A stretch of 64,000 nucleotides of DNA from Thermoplasmata archaeon (GCA_046758325.1 JBHHZZ010000005.1:150-64149); one strand, 5' to 3'. Counted from the first letter of the stretch, positions 18,810 through 28,826 are shown. Numbers and translations are program-made. The notes: generated from the letters alone by a model not told the origin.

Positions 18810-19196
18810 ATGGCTTGGGAACAGGCAGAAGTCAGGGGGCTGAAGCCGAACCGCTATGTGATGATCGGCGACGAGCCCTGCAGGATCATCAACATTACGA
18901 CCAGCAGGCCCGGGAAGCATGGTGAGGCGAAGGCCAGGATAGAGGCCTTCGGGCTCTTTGACGGACAGAAGAGGAGTATGGTGCATCCCGTCACCCACAA
19001 GGTCCGGGTTCCTATCATCGATCGCCGGAAGGCCCAGGTCCTCACTGTAATGGACGACGAGGTCCAGCTCATGGACCTGGAGAACTACGAGACGTTCGAG
19101 CTCCCTATCCCGGAGGGCTTCGACATCAATCTGGAGCCGGGGAAGGAGATCCACTACCTGGTGGCCATGGGAAGGCGGAAGCTCACGAGGCCCTAG
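18810..19196 (+). CDS. eif5a: Translation factor aIF5A
   Basis: SRPGKHGEAK hypusine loop, QLMDLENYETF. Confidence 0.95.
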   Translation: MAWEQAEVRGLKPNRYVMIGDEPCRIINITTSRPGKHGEAKARIEAFGLFDGQKRSMVHPVTHKVRVPIIDRRKAQVLTVMDDEVQLMDLENYETFELPIPEGFDINLEPGKEIHYLVAMGRRKLTRP

Positions 19197-19201
19197 TCTC
19201 C

Positions 19202-20059
19202 ATGGCGATCGAAAACCTCCTCTTTGCCGATGCCTCCTCCGACGCCGAGGGAAGCCGCGTAGCCATCTTCGGGGTGCCTTTTGACGGGACATCGAGCTAT
19301 CGGGGGGGCTCCCGCTTCGCGCCGAACGCCATTCGCCAGGCCTCCTACAACTTCGAGACCTACCACATGGATTTGGGCGTGGATCTGCAGGACCTTAGCT
19401 TCTGCGATCTTGGCAACCTGGATGAGTTCGGCGCCTCTAGGGCCATGGTCCAGGGGGTGGAGGCCTTCGCCAAGTCCGTGGCATCCCAGAGGAAGCTGAC
19501 AATCATGTTGGGAGGTGAGCACTCCATCACTCCTCCCTGTGTAAGGGCCCACGGTCGCCCAGCCTTCGTGGTTCTAGACGCTCACATGGATTTTCGGAAG
19601 TCCTACTTGGATGACAGGAACAGCCACGCCTGCGTAACCAGGCGGGTAACGGAGCACGTTGGCGTGGATCGGGCCCTCGTAGTCGGCGTCCGCTCCTATT
19701 CAAGCGAGGAAGCAGAGGCGGTGGAGGACATGGGCTTGAGTTACGTCACTTCTTCCGATATCCTAGAGGGCGGCCTGGCAAGCGTGCTGGAGGCCTTCCA
19801 GAACCTTCCTGATGACGTCTACCTGAGCCTTGACATGGACGTGGTCGACCCTGCCTACGCACCAGGTGTGGGCAACCCCGAGCCCTTCGGGGTGACGCCC
19901 CTGCACGTGAAGGAGGTCATCGGAGCCCTCGGGGACAGGATTGTGGGCTTCGACATCACCGAGGTCAGCCCCCCGTGGGACCAGGGGATTACGGCGATCC
20001 TTGCAGCCCGCTTCGTTCGCGAGTTGCTGGCTGTGCTCCAGAGGGCCGATAGGGGTTGA
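19202..20059 (+). CDS. speB: Agmatinase
   Basis: GVPFDGT, GGEHS, DAHMD, SHAC, DMDVVDPAYAPG; adjacent to eif5a. Confidence 0.92.
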   Translation: MAIENLLFADASSDAEGSRVAIFGVPFDGTSSYRGGSRFAPNAIRQASYNFETYHMDLGVDLQDLSFCDLGNLDEFGASRAMVQGVEAFAKSVASQRKLTIMLGGEHSITPPCVRAHGRPAFVVLDAHMDFRKSYLDDRNSHACVTRRVTEHVGVDRALVVGVRSYSSEEAEAVEDMGLSYVTSSDILEGGLASVLEAFQNLPDDVYLSLDMDVVDPAYAPGVGNPEPFGVTPLHVKEVIGALGDRIVGFDITEVSPPWDQGITAILAARFVRELLAVLQRADRG

Positions 20060-20127
20060 GTTTCACACCTTCTCGTCAGCGATAATGAAGGCGGAAGGTT
20101 TTCCATTGGCATCGCCGACTTGGATGC

Positions 20128-20424
20128 GTGGCCACCCTCGACCCCTATGTATTCATCCTCCTGCTCGTGGCAGGCCTCTCCTGGGTCCTCATCGTTCTCG
20201 CCTGGGCCCTGCCCCGGAGGAAAGAGGTTCCCCGTCAGAAGGGAGGCTACCGCATCGAGCACGTAGGCCTCATCGCGGGCCTAGGCTCCTTCTCCCTCAT
20301 AGCTCTCCTCATGACAGGCTTGCTCGAGGTCGACAACCCCATATTCCCCGTATCCGTAGGAGCCGTACTCATTCTCATCCTCCTCCTCGCACTGGCGGAG
20401 TACTTCTACTGGAGGGAAGCCTAG
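20128..20424 (+). CDS. Hypothetical 3-TM membrane protein
   Basis: Three hydrophobic segments. Confidence 0.6.
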   Translation: MATLDPYVFILLLVAGLSWVLIVLAWALPRRKEVPRQKGGYRIEHVGLIAGLGSFSLIALLMTGLLEVDNPIFPVSVGAVLILILLLALAEYFYWREA

Positions 20425-21035
20425 CCGTAGCCAGGGATCTCCTTCCTGCGGTGAAAGAGCTGATTCAGATCATACCTCTTGATCTCGGCCTGTAGCCGCT
20501 TGCCGAGGTCCTCCTTCCTCCTCTTTATCATCTCCAGGTCCTCCGCTTCATCAGCCACGGACTTGCGGAGTTCCTCCAGCTCGGAGGCGATGGCCCGGTC
20601 CACCTCGATGCCCGCCATGGCCAGAATGGAGATGCTGTTCATCATTATGTCCAGTTCCAGCCTTATTCGCTCCCGCTGACCCCTTCCGACCACGCTCTCA
20701 TTCACCCTATCCAGGAACTCCCTGTGACCTTGAAGCATACCTAGGATCCGCTGGACCCGCTCGCCCATGGCCAGGAGGTAGTCCTCCAGACGAAGGATCG
20801 AATCGTCCAGGTCCTTCAGAAAGCCCCGCTCCCCGACCTTGGACCTCTGGTTGATGCCCAGGGCCGCCATGAGGACCTCTTCCCTCTTTCGACGGGCCTC
20901 CATCTGCTTGGAGAGGTTCTTGAGTGCATCGCCCTGCTTCCCCAGCTTGAGGGCGAGCCTGTCCAACCGTCTTTCGGCCTTCCCAAGCTCCTTCTCCAGG
21001 GAGTAGACCCTCTCCTTCATCTCCTCCGACGGCAC
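20421..21035 (-). CDS. Hypothetical coiled-coil protein
   Basis: Long heptad-rich helices; IPGYG C-terminus. Confidence 0.65.
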   Translation of the reverse strand: MPSEEMKERVYSLEKELGKAERRLDRLALKLGKQGDALKNLSKQMEARRKREEVLMAALGINQRSKVGERGFLKDLDDSILRLEDYLLAMGERVQRILGMLQGHREFLDRVNESVVGRGQRERIRLELDIMMNSISILAMAGIEVDRAIASELEELRKSVADEAEDLEMIKRRKEDLGKRLQAEIKRYDLNQLFHRRKEIPGYG

Positions 21036-21131
21036 GTGGTATCATCCTGTCAGGCCCATTAAGAAGGTTTGTCTGTGGCTATCGTGGATGAGAGCAAGCC
21101 TTTAATACCCGTAATTGTATTACATGAAATT

Positions 21132-21647
21132 ATGGAAGCGGATGACGAAGAACGCGAAGAGGAGGAGACTACCGAGGAGGAAGGACAGGACGAAGCGGTC
21201 GGAGAGAAGGAAAAGTCCCTTGCTTCGCTGAGGGAGTCAATCCTTCAGATCGTGGACGACGCCCTGAAGGACGCCCTGGAGCTACGCAGCAAGGGTCGTG
21301 CCCTCAAGCTGACCCTCGGGGACGAGCTGGGCCGCATAAGGACGGAAATCAGGAGGGCGGTGGAGGGCACAACCGCTGGCATCTGCGCCATCGACCTGAG
21401 CACGCTCAAGGAAGGCCTGAAGGGCAGGACAAACACCCTGATGACCAGGGTCAAGGACGAGGACCTCGAGAGGATGGACCTGCTGGTGGAAGCAGGCCTC
21501 TTCGAGAGCAGGTCACAGTGCGCCGCCTTCCTCATCCACGCAGGCCTGGAGGCCAGGAAGGACCTGGTGGGAAAGGTGCAGGAGACGGCTCAGCGTATCT
21601 CTGAGCTGAAAGAGCAGCTCAGAGACGAGCTTTCGGGAGAGGCCTAG
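21132..21647 (+). CDS. Protein with C-terminal RHH/CopG-like domain, possible regulator of the adjacent ABC exporter
   Basis: TNTLMTRVKDEDLERMDLLVEAGLFESRSQCAAFLI; acidic N-terminus. Confidence 0.7.
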   Translation: MEADDEEREEEETTEEEGQDEAVGEKEKSLASLRESILQIVDDALKDALELRSKGRALKLTLGDELGRIRTEIRRAVEGTTAGICAIDLSTLKEGLKGRTNTLMTRVKDEDLERMDLLVEAGLFESRSQCAAFLIHAGLEARKDLVGKVQETAQRISELKEQLRDELSGEA

Positions 21648-21736
21648 CTTCGATACCCTGGATTCCGAAATGGTCACAAGTTCCCACTTGCTTTAAGACA
21701 GGTAGCGAACTAGGGAGAAGGGAGGGCTAGCGGAGT

Positions 21737-22762
21737 ATGTCGGAACCCATTATCAAGATGGAGAGCCTTTCCAAGACCTTCATCAGCAAGGACAGAAAGG
21801 GCCTGCGGAGCAAGCGGAGGGAGATCCAGGCCCTCAACGACGTCGATCTAGAGATCTACGACGGCGAGATCTTCGGCCTCTTGGGGCCCAACGGGGCCGG
21901 CAAGACCACATTGATCAAGTGCCTCACCACCCTCCTCATCCCGACCAGCGGCACCGCGTGGGTCAACGGGTACAACATCATCGCCCATGAGAACCTGGTG
22001 CGGGCCTCGATAGGATGCATGCTCATGGGCGAGAGGGGCCTCTACTGGAAGCTGACGGGACGGGAGAACCTGGACTACTTTGGCGCCCTCTATCACGTGC
22101 CCAAGGTCGTGCGGCGGAAGAGAACAGAGGAGCTTTCCGCCCTCCTGAACCTGGGCGATTTCCTGGACAGGACCGTGGAGACCTACTCCTCGGGCCAGAA
22201 GATGCTCCTCGCTTTCGCCAAGGCCCTCATCAACGACGCGCCCATCCTCTTCTTGGATGAGCCGACGGTGACAATGGACGTCCCTACGGCACGGGAACTC
22301 CGAAAGATCGTCAAAGACCTGAACCAGGAAGGTCACACAATCTTCTACACCACCCACATGATGCAGGAGGCGGAGGAGCTCTGTCATCGGGTGGCCATCA
22401 TCGATCGAGGGGAGATCATTGACCTCGGGACCCCGCGGGACCTCAAGTCCTCCCTGGTGACGGAGGAGGTGATAACCCTGGAGGGGGTCATGAACGAGGA
22501 GGTCATCCAGGGGCTGAGGTCGATCCCCGGAATCAAGGCGGCCACCGTCAAGTCGGAGTCAAAGGGGAGGACGACCGTCGCCGTCATTTGCGACGATAGC
22601 CGTCGGCTGCTGTCAGAAATCATAGAGACGGTGGTGGGCAACGGAGCAACCCTGGACTTCATCAAGCCCCACGAGGTAACCCTGGAGGACGTCTTCATCG
22701 CGAAGACGGGAAGGTCCCTGAGCGTCGACACCAGCGTCGTTGCGAAGGGGGAGGAGAAGTGA
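21737..22762 (+). CDS. ABC-2 type exporter ATP-binding protein (DrrA-like)
   Basis: GPNGAGKT, YSSGQ, LFLDEPT, TTH, LEDVF. Confidence 0.93.
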   Translation: MSEPIIKMESLSKTFISKDRKGLRSKRREIQALNDVDLEIYDGEIFGLLGPNGAGKTTLIKCLTTLLIPTSGTAWVNGYNIIAHENLVRASIGCMLMGERGLYWKLTGRENLDYFGALYHVPKVVRRKRTEELSALLNLGDFLDRTVETYSSGQKMLLAFAKALINDAPILFLDEPTVTMDVPTARELRKIVKDLNQEGHTIFYTTHMMQEAEELCHRVAIIDRGEIIDLGTPRDLKSSLVTEEVITLEGVMNEEVIQGLRSIPGIKAATVKSESKGRTTVAVICDDSRRLLSEIIETVVGNGATLDFIKPHEVTLEDVFIAKTGRSLSVDTSVVAKGEEK

Positions 22763-23634
22763 GCACGGTAACCAAGGGCCTCGGCCTGTCCTTGATGTCC
22801 CGCCGGTCCAACCTCGGCATCCTCCTGACGGTCCTGAGGGCTCGATTCCTGATCATATCCCGTTATCGGGGCTCCCTCTTCCTGGAGACCCTCCTCCCCC
22901 TGGTCTTCGCCGCCCTGCCCATCTTCATCGGGGTGGCCGTGGCGGGGGGCGACGCCAGCGCGGCCCAGAACTTCCAGGAGAACGTGGGGACATCGGACTA
23001 CAAGCTGTACATGCTCCTGGGGGCCAACGTCTTCGTCGTGGTCTCCATAATGCTGTGGATCGTGGGCTTCTGGATACGAAGGGAGATGGAGATGGGGACC
23101 CTCGAATCTATCTACCTCTCGCCGGCGAAGAGGGTATACGTGGTCTCGGGCATCGCCAGCTACGCCTTCATCCGAAGCGCTATCGCCTTCGTCATCGCCT
23201 TGCTCCTCGGCTCCCTCGTCTTCGGTGTCAACCCCTTCAAGGGCGAAATCCTTCTGGCGGTCGTGTTCCTCCTCATAGGCCTCATCCCACTCTGGGGTCT
23301 GGCCTTTCTCTTCGGGGCCCTCATTTTGAAGATCAAGGAGGCCAACAGCGTCATCACCAGCCTGCAGTGGGTCATCTCCTTCCTGATGGGGGTCTTCTTC
23401 CCCATCGCCGCCTTCCCACCACTGTTGCGATACGTGGCCCTGGCCTTCCCGCCGACCTGGATTAACCAGGGGGTGAGGGCCTCTCTGCTGAACCTGTCCT
23501 ACTTCTTCGGGACCTGGTACTTCCACCTGGCGGTGGTCTTCGTCTTCGCAGCCGTGGTTCCCCTGATAGGCTACTCCGTCTTCCTGTCAACGGAGAGGAG
23601 GCTGAAGAGGAAAGAGGGGGTGGGCCAATACTGA
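22759..23634 (+). CDS. ABC-2 type permease
   Basis: Six TMs, GTLESIYLSP, GVFFPI; GTGA overlap with the ATPase stop. Confidence 0.88.
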   Translation: MSTVTKGLGLSLMSRRSNLGILLTVLRARFLIISRYRGSLFLETLLPLVFAALPIFIGVAVAGGDASAAQNFQENVGTSDYKLYMLLGANVFVVVSIMLWIVGFWIRREMEMGTLESIYLSPAKRVYVVSGIASYAFIRSAIAFVIALLLGSLVFGVNPFKGEILLAVVFLLIGLIPLWGLAFLFGALILKIKEANSVITSLQWVISFLMGVFFPIAAFPPLLRYVALAFPPTWINQGVRASLLNLSYFFGTWYFHLAVVFVFAAVVPLIGYSVFLSTERRLKRKEGVGQY

Positions 23635-24494
23635 CCACCAACAAAGGGTTCGGGCTGGCCCGTCATAGCCTCGCTCAGTCCCTGCAGACCTTCTGGGACA
23701 TGTCCAAGAAGACCCTCGTGGAGTTCTCCCGCTACCCCGTGGCCTTCGTGGCCCTCTTCACCCAGATCCTGCTTATCATACTGATGTTCATGTTCGCGGC
23801 CCTGGCCTTCACGTCAGGGGAGACGGGAATCGCGCAAGGTCGGCAGATCGCGGCGGTGATGGTGTACGGCTTGATCGTCAACCTGTTCCTCAGCTTCACG
23901 TTGTGGGAGGTAGGCTTCTCCATCCGGGAGGAGCAGTTTCGCGGGACCCTGGAGTCTCTTTACCTCTCTCCCGCCAGCAGGTTCGGCAGTCTCGTCTCAC
24001 GCATTTTCGCCATACTGCTGTGGACCGCAGCAGTTTCCGCCTTCGCTGTGTTCATAGTGGCCCTCATGGTCAGAGGCCTGCCCGCGGAGAATGTTCTGCT
24101 GGCCTTTGCAGTCCTGGGACTGACCATTTCAGGGTTCCTAGGCCTCGGTTTCTTGTTCGCTGCGGTGACCATCAGGCTCAAGGAAAGCGCTCAGTTTCTG
24201 GTCACCTTCCTGCAGTTCTTCTTCATCATCTTCAGTGCCATGTTCTTCCCTTTCAGGGCGCTTCCGTCCGTCATGGTGGACTACGTCAGCCGGTGGCTGC
24301 CGGTCAGCTATTCCGTTGATGCCTTCAGGTCCCTCCTGATGGGACTGCCGTCTGGGTTTCCGGAGCTTCTGCCCCTGGACGTCGAGATCCTCATCGTGGC
24401 GATCTTCGGCCTCCTGTCTCCCCCCTTGGGTTACCTGATCTATAAGGAGGTGGAGAGGAGGGCCAGGATCCAGGGAAACCTTGGAGAGTACTGA
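23631..24494 (+). CDS. ABC-2 type permease (first ATG at 23700; probable start CTG at 23631)
   Basis: GTLESLYLSP, MFFP, GEY end; upstream in-frame segment resembles the paralog N-terminus. Confidence 0.85.
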   Translation: MTTNKGFGLARHSLAQSLQTFWDMSKKTLVEFSRYPVAFVALFTQILLIILMFMFAALAFTSGETGIAQGRQIAAVMVYGLIVNLFLSFTLWEVGFSIREEQFRGTLESLYLSPASRFGSLVSRIFAILLWTAAVSAFAVFIVALMVRGLPAENVLLAFAVLGLTISGFLGLGFLFAAVTIRLKESAQFLVTFLQFFFIIFSAMFFPFRALPSVMVDYVSRWLPVSYSVDAFRSLLMGLPSGFPELLPLDVEILIVAIFGLLSPPLGYLIYKEVERRARIQGNLGEY

Positions 24495-24530
24495 AGCCCG
24501 TGTCCAGTGGGATGACCCGAAGTGGCTGTC

Positions 24531-26954
24531 CTACCCCTCCAGGATGTGCCCCGTTTGAAGCACCTTCCGCCTCACTTCCTCCGCCACGGCCTGGTTCCGC
24601 AGGACCACCTCTATGACCTTATCGTTCGCATCGCCAGAGACTTTCTCCACACCAGGCACCTTTCCGACGGCGTCCTTGAGGGTCGTCAGGCAGCCGCTAC
24701 AGTGCATGGAGGGGACCTTGAGTCGCAAGACCTCTGCACGGGCCCCGGCCCGGCGCCCCGGCAGCACTCTCCCAAGGAAGGAGTTCAAGAGGACGGTTGT
24801 AACGCTGGCTCCCATGGCGATCATAGCCCAGACAGGATGCACGAGGCCCGTGGCTGCTGCGGGCACCCCTATACCGTTGAACAGGAAGGCCAGGGTCACG
24901 TTCTGCCTCGTCTTGTTGTAGGCCGCCTTGGCTACCTTGAAGGCATCCACCACGGCTCGCAGCCTGTCTCCAATGATGATCACGTCGGAGGACTCTATGG
25001 CGATGTCTGTACCGGCGCCTAAGGCCATACCCACGTCCGCCTGCATCAGGGCGGGGGCATCGTTGATGCCGTCGCCGACCATGACGACCCTATGGCCCCT
25101 CTCCTGCAGCTCCTGAAGGATCTCGGCCTTCTCCTGCGGGAGCACGCCGGCGTAGACCTTGCCAATGCCCACTCGCTCCGCCATGGCGACCGCCGTCCTC
25201 TCGTTATCCCCCGTTATCATGATGGGCTCCAGGCCCATTCTCCTCATGTCCTCCACGGTATTCGCCGCGTCCTCCTTCGGGAGGTCGGCAAGGGCGATGA
25301 GACCAAGCGGATGACCGTCAAGGGCCACGGCCACGACGGTCTTGGCCTCCCCTTGCAGCCTCTTTGCATCCTCCGCCAAGGACGATAGGTCGACGCCTGA
25401 GGAGATCAGGAACTCTGGCTTGCCTACCAGTGCCCTCTTCATCTGCCACAAGCCCTCCACCCCTTCACCTGGAACCGCCTTGAAATCCACCACGTCGGGG
25501 ATCTCCAGACCCTCCTCGCGGGCCCTCTCCACGATTGCCTTTCCCAGAGGGTGTTCTGAGCGGGCCTCGCATGCGGCGGCGACCTCCAGCACCCTCGCAT
25601 CGACGACGCCTTCCGCTGGGGCGAGTTCCACAACCTGAGGCCTCCCCAACGTGATGGTCCCCGTCTTGTCCAAGATCGTCACATCCGCCCTGGTGAGGGT
25701 CTGGAAAGCCTCCGAGGATCTCACGAGGATGCCCCGCTCCGCTGCCAGTCCACTTCCTCGGATCATGGCGAGGGGCGTGGCCATGCCCAAGGCACAAGGG
25801 TAGCCCATCACGAGGACTGCTAGCATGGCGAAAATGGCCCGGACGTAGTCAGCCTCGCCAAACAGAAGGGCCAAGCCGACGGTCCAGATGAGGAGGCTGG
25901 CGCCCCCCATGAGGACGACCCAGGGGACGTAGTATTTGAGGACCCTGTCCACCAGCTGGAGGATGCCCGGCTTGAGGGCCCTGGCCTCTTCCACGTATCG
26001 GGCCACCCGTCGGAGAAATGAATCCTCTCCCACTCTGGTCACCTTGATGAGGAGAGTACCTTCCTGGTTGAGGGAGCCGCCAATCACCTCTTCCCCCGGC
26101 CGGACCTCCACCGGGAGGGACTCCCCCGTAACGATGGACTGATCCACGCTGGAAGCTCCCTCCATAACGACGCCGTCAACCGGCAGCTGTTGCCCCGGGA
26201 CCACCCTCACGAGCTCACCCGCCTCCACCTCCTCCACAGCTACCTCCACCTCCCTTCCATCTCTCAGGACCGTGGCGGTCTGAGGCTGCAGGTCCAAGAG
26301 CCTCCTCACCGCGCGGGAGGACTGGGTCCTCACGTGGAGGGAGGCGTATCCAGAGGCCACGTGATACGTGGTAATGAAGACGGAGACGGCCAGAAAATCC
26401 AGGACGGGGAACCGCTGGTAGACGAATCCCAGGAGCCCTCCAGCGAGGCCAGCAAAGGCGCCGAACTCCAACAGGTTGTGCTGGTTGAGGATGCCTCTGC
26501 GGAGGGAGTGCCAGGCCATCTGCTTGATGTGCCATCCGGGACCGAACATGGTGTAGAGGGCCAGGGCTAGCATGGCCCATGGGTACCAGACCTGCCTCAC
26601 GCCCAGCCACATGCTCATCATCAGGGTGGCGGCAGCGATGGTGGCGGCAGTCGCAGAGATCAGCTTTCTTCTCGCTTCCCCCAGCTCCGCCGCCTCCTCC
26701 TCGAAGGTCCTCACCTTGGCGGGGTCCCGAATCACATATCCCAGCTCCGTCAGCCTCCTCCTGACGTCGTCGGCCTCCACAAGTTCAGGGAGGTACTCCA
26801 CCAGCGCCTCCTCGTGGGAGAGGCTGACGGAGACCCTCCGTATGCCGGGCAGTCTGACCAGAGCTTTCCGAATGGTCTCAGCGCAGAAGGAGCAGGACAT
26901 GCCACCGATCTTCAGGTGTAGCTTCTCCGCAGCAGCCAACGCTATAGCCCCCAC
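24531..26954 (-). CDS. Heavy-metal P1B-type ATPase (CopA-like) with N- and C-terminal HMA domains and YPC motif
   Basis: GMSCSFC, TGES, GYPCALG, DKTGT, SEHP, GDGINDAPAL, SMHCSGC. Confidence 0.92.
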   Translation of the reverse strand: MGAIALAAAEKLHLKIGGMSCSFCAETIRKALVRLPGIRRVSVSLSHEEALVEYLPELVEADDVRRRLTELGYVIRDPAKVRTFEEEAAELGEARRKLISATAATIAAATLMMSMWLGVRQVWYPWAMLALALYTMFGPGWHIKQMAWHSLRRGILNQHNLLEFGAFAGLAGGLLGFVYQRFPVLDFLAVSVFITTYHVASGYASLHVRTQSSRAVRRLLDLQPQTATVLRDGREVEVAVEEVEAGELVRVVPGQQLPVDGVVMEGASSVDQSIVTGESLPVEVRPGEEVIGGSLNQEGTLLIKVTRVGEDSFLRRVARYVEEARALKPGILQLVDRVLKYYVPWVVLMGGASLLIWTVGLALLFGEADYVRAIFAMLAVLVMGYPCALGMATPLAMIRGSGLAAERGILVRSSEAFQTLTRADVTILDKTGTITLGRPQVVELAPAEGVVDARVLEVAAACEARSEHPLGKAIVERAREEGLEIPDVVDFKAVPGEGVEGLWQMKRALVGKPEFLISSGVDLSSLAEDAKRLQGEAKTVVAVALDGHPLGLIALADLPKEDAANTVEDMRRMGLEPIMITGDNERTAVAMAERVGIGKVYAGVLPQEKAEILQELQERGHRVVMVGDGINDAPALMQADVGMALGAGTDIAIESSDVIIIGDRLRAVVDAFKVAKAAYNKTRQNVTLAFLFNGIGVPAAATGLVHPVWAMIAMGASVTTVLLNSFLGRVLPGRRAGARAEVLRLKVPSMHCSGCLTTLKDAVGKVPGVEKVSGDANDKVIEVVLRNQAVAEEVRRKVLQTGHILEG

Positions 26955-26991
26955 ATGGTTGCAGTAAATACTATATCCCCGGAAGTACTAA

Positions 26992-27010
26992 TAGTATCCA
27001 GTGGAAAGTA
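26992..27010. promoter_or_regulatory. Putative HxlR operator (imperfect palindrome TAGTATCCAGTGGAAAGTA)
   Basis: TCCA-G-TGGA core between the divergent ATPase and HxlR genes; similar to 4283-4301. Confidence 0.45.
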
Positions 27011-27390
27011 TGGAAGAAACTTCCCCCTCAGGAAGCGCCGGAATGGTCGGCAGCTGTCCGCTGGTTAAGGAACCGGGGGACCTGTGCCCCCATATCCTGC
27101 AGGGCGTCATCAGCTCCGTGGGGAGGAACTGGACCATTCTCATTCTGGTGACCCTCGGCAACTTCGGAACGCTTCGCTTCCACGAGCTACAGGGCAAGCT
27201 CGGCCGCATTAGCCCGAAAACCCTCTCCGCGCGACTGAAGGAGATGGAGAGGGCCCGCTTCATCGACCGGAAGAGCTTCGCCGAGGTGCCGCCCAGGGTA
27301 GAATACTCCCTGACCCACGAGGGGAGAGATCTGGTCAAGGCCCTGAAACCTCTCATACGATGGGCCGACAGGGTTGCCCATGCTCGTTGA
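27010..27390 (+). CDS. HxlR/DUF24-family regulator with N-terminal cysteines
   Basis: SCPLVKEPGDLCP, GRNWT, GNFGTLRFHEL, EVPPRVEYSLT. Confidence 0.9.
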   Translation: MEETSPSGSAGMVGSCPLVKEPGDLCPHILQGVISSVGRNWTILILVTLGNFGTLRFHELQGKLGRISPKTLSARLKEMERARFIDRKSFAEVPPRVEYSLTHEGRDLVKALKPLIRWADRVAHAR

Positions 27391-27467
27391 GCACTCAAGG
27401 GGATTCGCGTCGAGACAAGGGATTTATCACGACAGAAGGCCATGCGCGCGGCAGGAGTGAGGCGGAT

Positions 27468-28244
27468 ATGAAGGTGGAGGAGGTCACCGCCAAGCACAAG
27501 GAATTCATGGGGTATCTCGCCTCCGATCCCCTCAGGAACACGTTTGCCCTCTACGACCTGACGGAGGAGGGGGAGAGGGTGAGGTGTTACGCGGCCTCGA
27601 GGGAGGGGGCCTTCCGGGGTTACATTCTCCTCTGGCACGGTGCTGAATATCCGTCCGTCATCCTTCACGGGAGTCAAGAGGCGGCCCATGAGCTGCTCCC
27701 GAGGGCGCCAATGGAGAGCTGCACCTTTCTCGTGAATCCTCCCCTGCGTAGCTGCGTGGAGGAGACCCGTCGGATTACGGCTCACCACGTGATGGACGTG
27801 ATGGCGGTGGACAGGGACGGCGCTCGACTGCCGGATGTGAAGAAGGCCCGACGTCTCCAGCCGTGGGACGCCGCCGGTTTGGCCGCTCTCTACAACGAAA
27901 TCGGTCAAGGCGGCCGCGACTACGAGACCTGGATTAGCCGGGGCATCGCCTATGGCATCTTTGAATCCAATCGGCTAGTTTCCGTGGCAGGCACCCATGT
28001 GCTGTCGAAGGACCTCTGCTTGGTCGGAGGGGTGTACACCTCCAGGGATGCCAGGATGCGGGGCTACGCTGCTGAAGTGACGGTCGCCGTCACCCGACAC
28101 GCCCTCCGACAGGTCCCCACCGTCTCCCTCCTGGTAGTCTCCATCAACAAGGTCGCCATCCGGCTGTACGAGAAGCTGGGCTATCGGAAGGTGATGGAGT
28201 GGGTATGGATGGACGTGGGGACAGGAAGGAGACCTTTGATGTGA
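27468..28244 (+). CDS. GNAT (FR47-like) acetyltransferase
   Basis: GGVYTSRDARMRGYA, N..AIRLYEKLGY. Confidence 0.8.
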   Translation: MKVEEVTAKHKEFMGYLASDPLRNTFALYDLTEEGERVRCYAASREGAFRGYILLWHGAEYPSVILHGSQEAAHELLPRAPMESCTFLVNPPLRSCVEETRRITAHHVMDVMAVDRDGARLPDVKKARRLQPWDAAGLAALYNEIGQGGRDYETWISRGIAYGIFESNRLVSVAGTHVLSKDLCLVGGVYTSRDARMRGYAAEVTVAVTRHALRQVPTVSLLVVSINKVAIRLYEKLGYRKVMEWVWMDVGTGRRPLM

Positions 28245-28322
28245 GGGCCGTCACCACCCTTTCAGCGGGCCCTCGAGACCCAGGGAAGCGCCTGACTCTG
28301 AGCGCCGCACTGCCGGGCCTCC

Positions 28323-28736
28323 TCAGGGGCCTGGAGTGGGCATCAATCTATGAGGAGGCTGCCACACCAACCCGAGGATGGCACCTACGAACATCAATAG
28401 GGAGCCTATGACGAAGCCCCAGAAGGTGGGGAAGCCCAGGATGGCTACGAGGAGGATTATGACGGAGCCGACCCGCACCCTGTCCACGGAGGCACTGTTC
28501 ATCATGGAGACCCCGACGACTCCGAGGGCCACAATGATGAGGCCCGCCACGACCCAGAGCAGGAACCATGTCAACATGGCGACCATGAAACCGGGACCTG
28601 TGCTCGGAAAGCCGCTGGTCACTGCACCTGAGAGTAGGGTCGCGACGATGATTATGACGGCGAAGGCGGCTATGTGGAAGGCGAGGCCAATAGTGCTCAG
28701 AACGAGGGCCCCCGAGGGCCGATCCTCCCCGTTCAT
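28323..28736 (-). CDS. Hypothetical 4-TM membrane protein
   Basis: Four TMs, GFVIGSLLMFVGAILGLVW end. Confidence 0.7.
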   Translation of the reverse strand: MNGEDRPSGALVLSTIGLAFHIAAFAVIIIVATLLSGAVTSGFPSTGPGFMVAMLTWFLLWVVAGLIIVALGVVGVSMMNSASVDRVRVGSVIILLVAILGFPTFWGFVIGSLLMFVGAILGLVWQPPHRLMPTPGP

Positions 28737-28826
28737 GAGGGGGGATGCCCTCGAAAATATAAGTGATGTGGGTTCCATCGACAATCTGGAAAATCATTAT
28801 AAGGAGCCCCACCTTGTTACAAAGGA

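Noticed and set aside
18810..20059. eif5a-agmatinase linkage
   Set aside because: Well-known archaeal gene pairing, not novel
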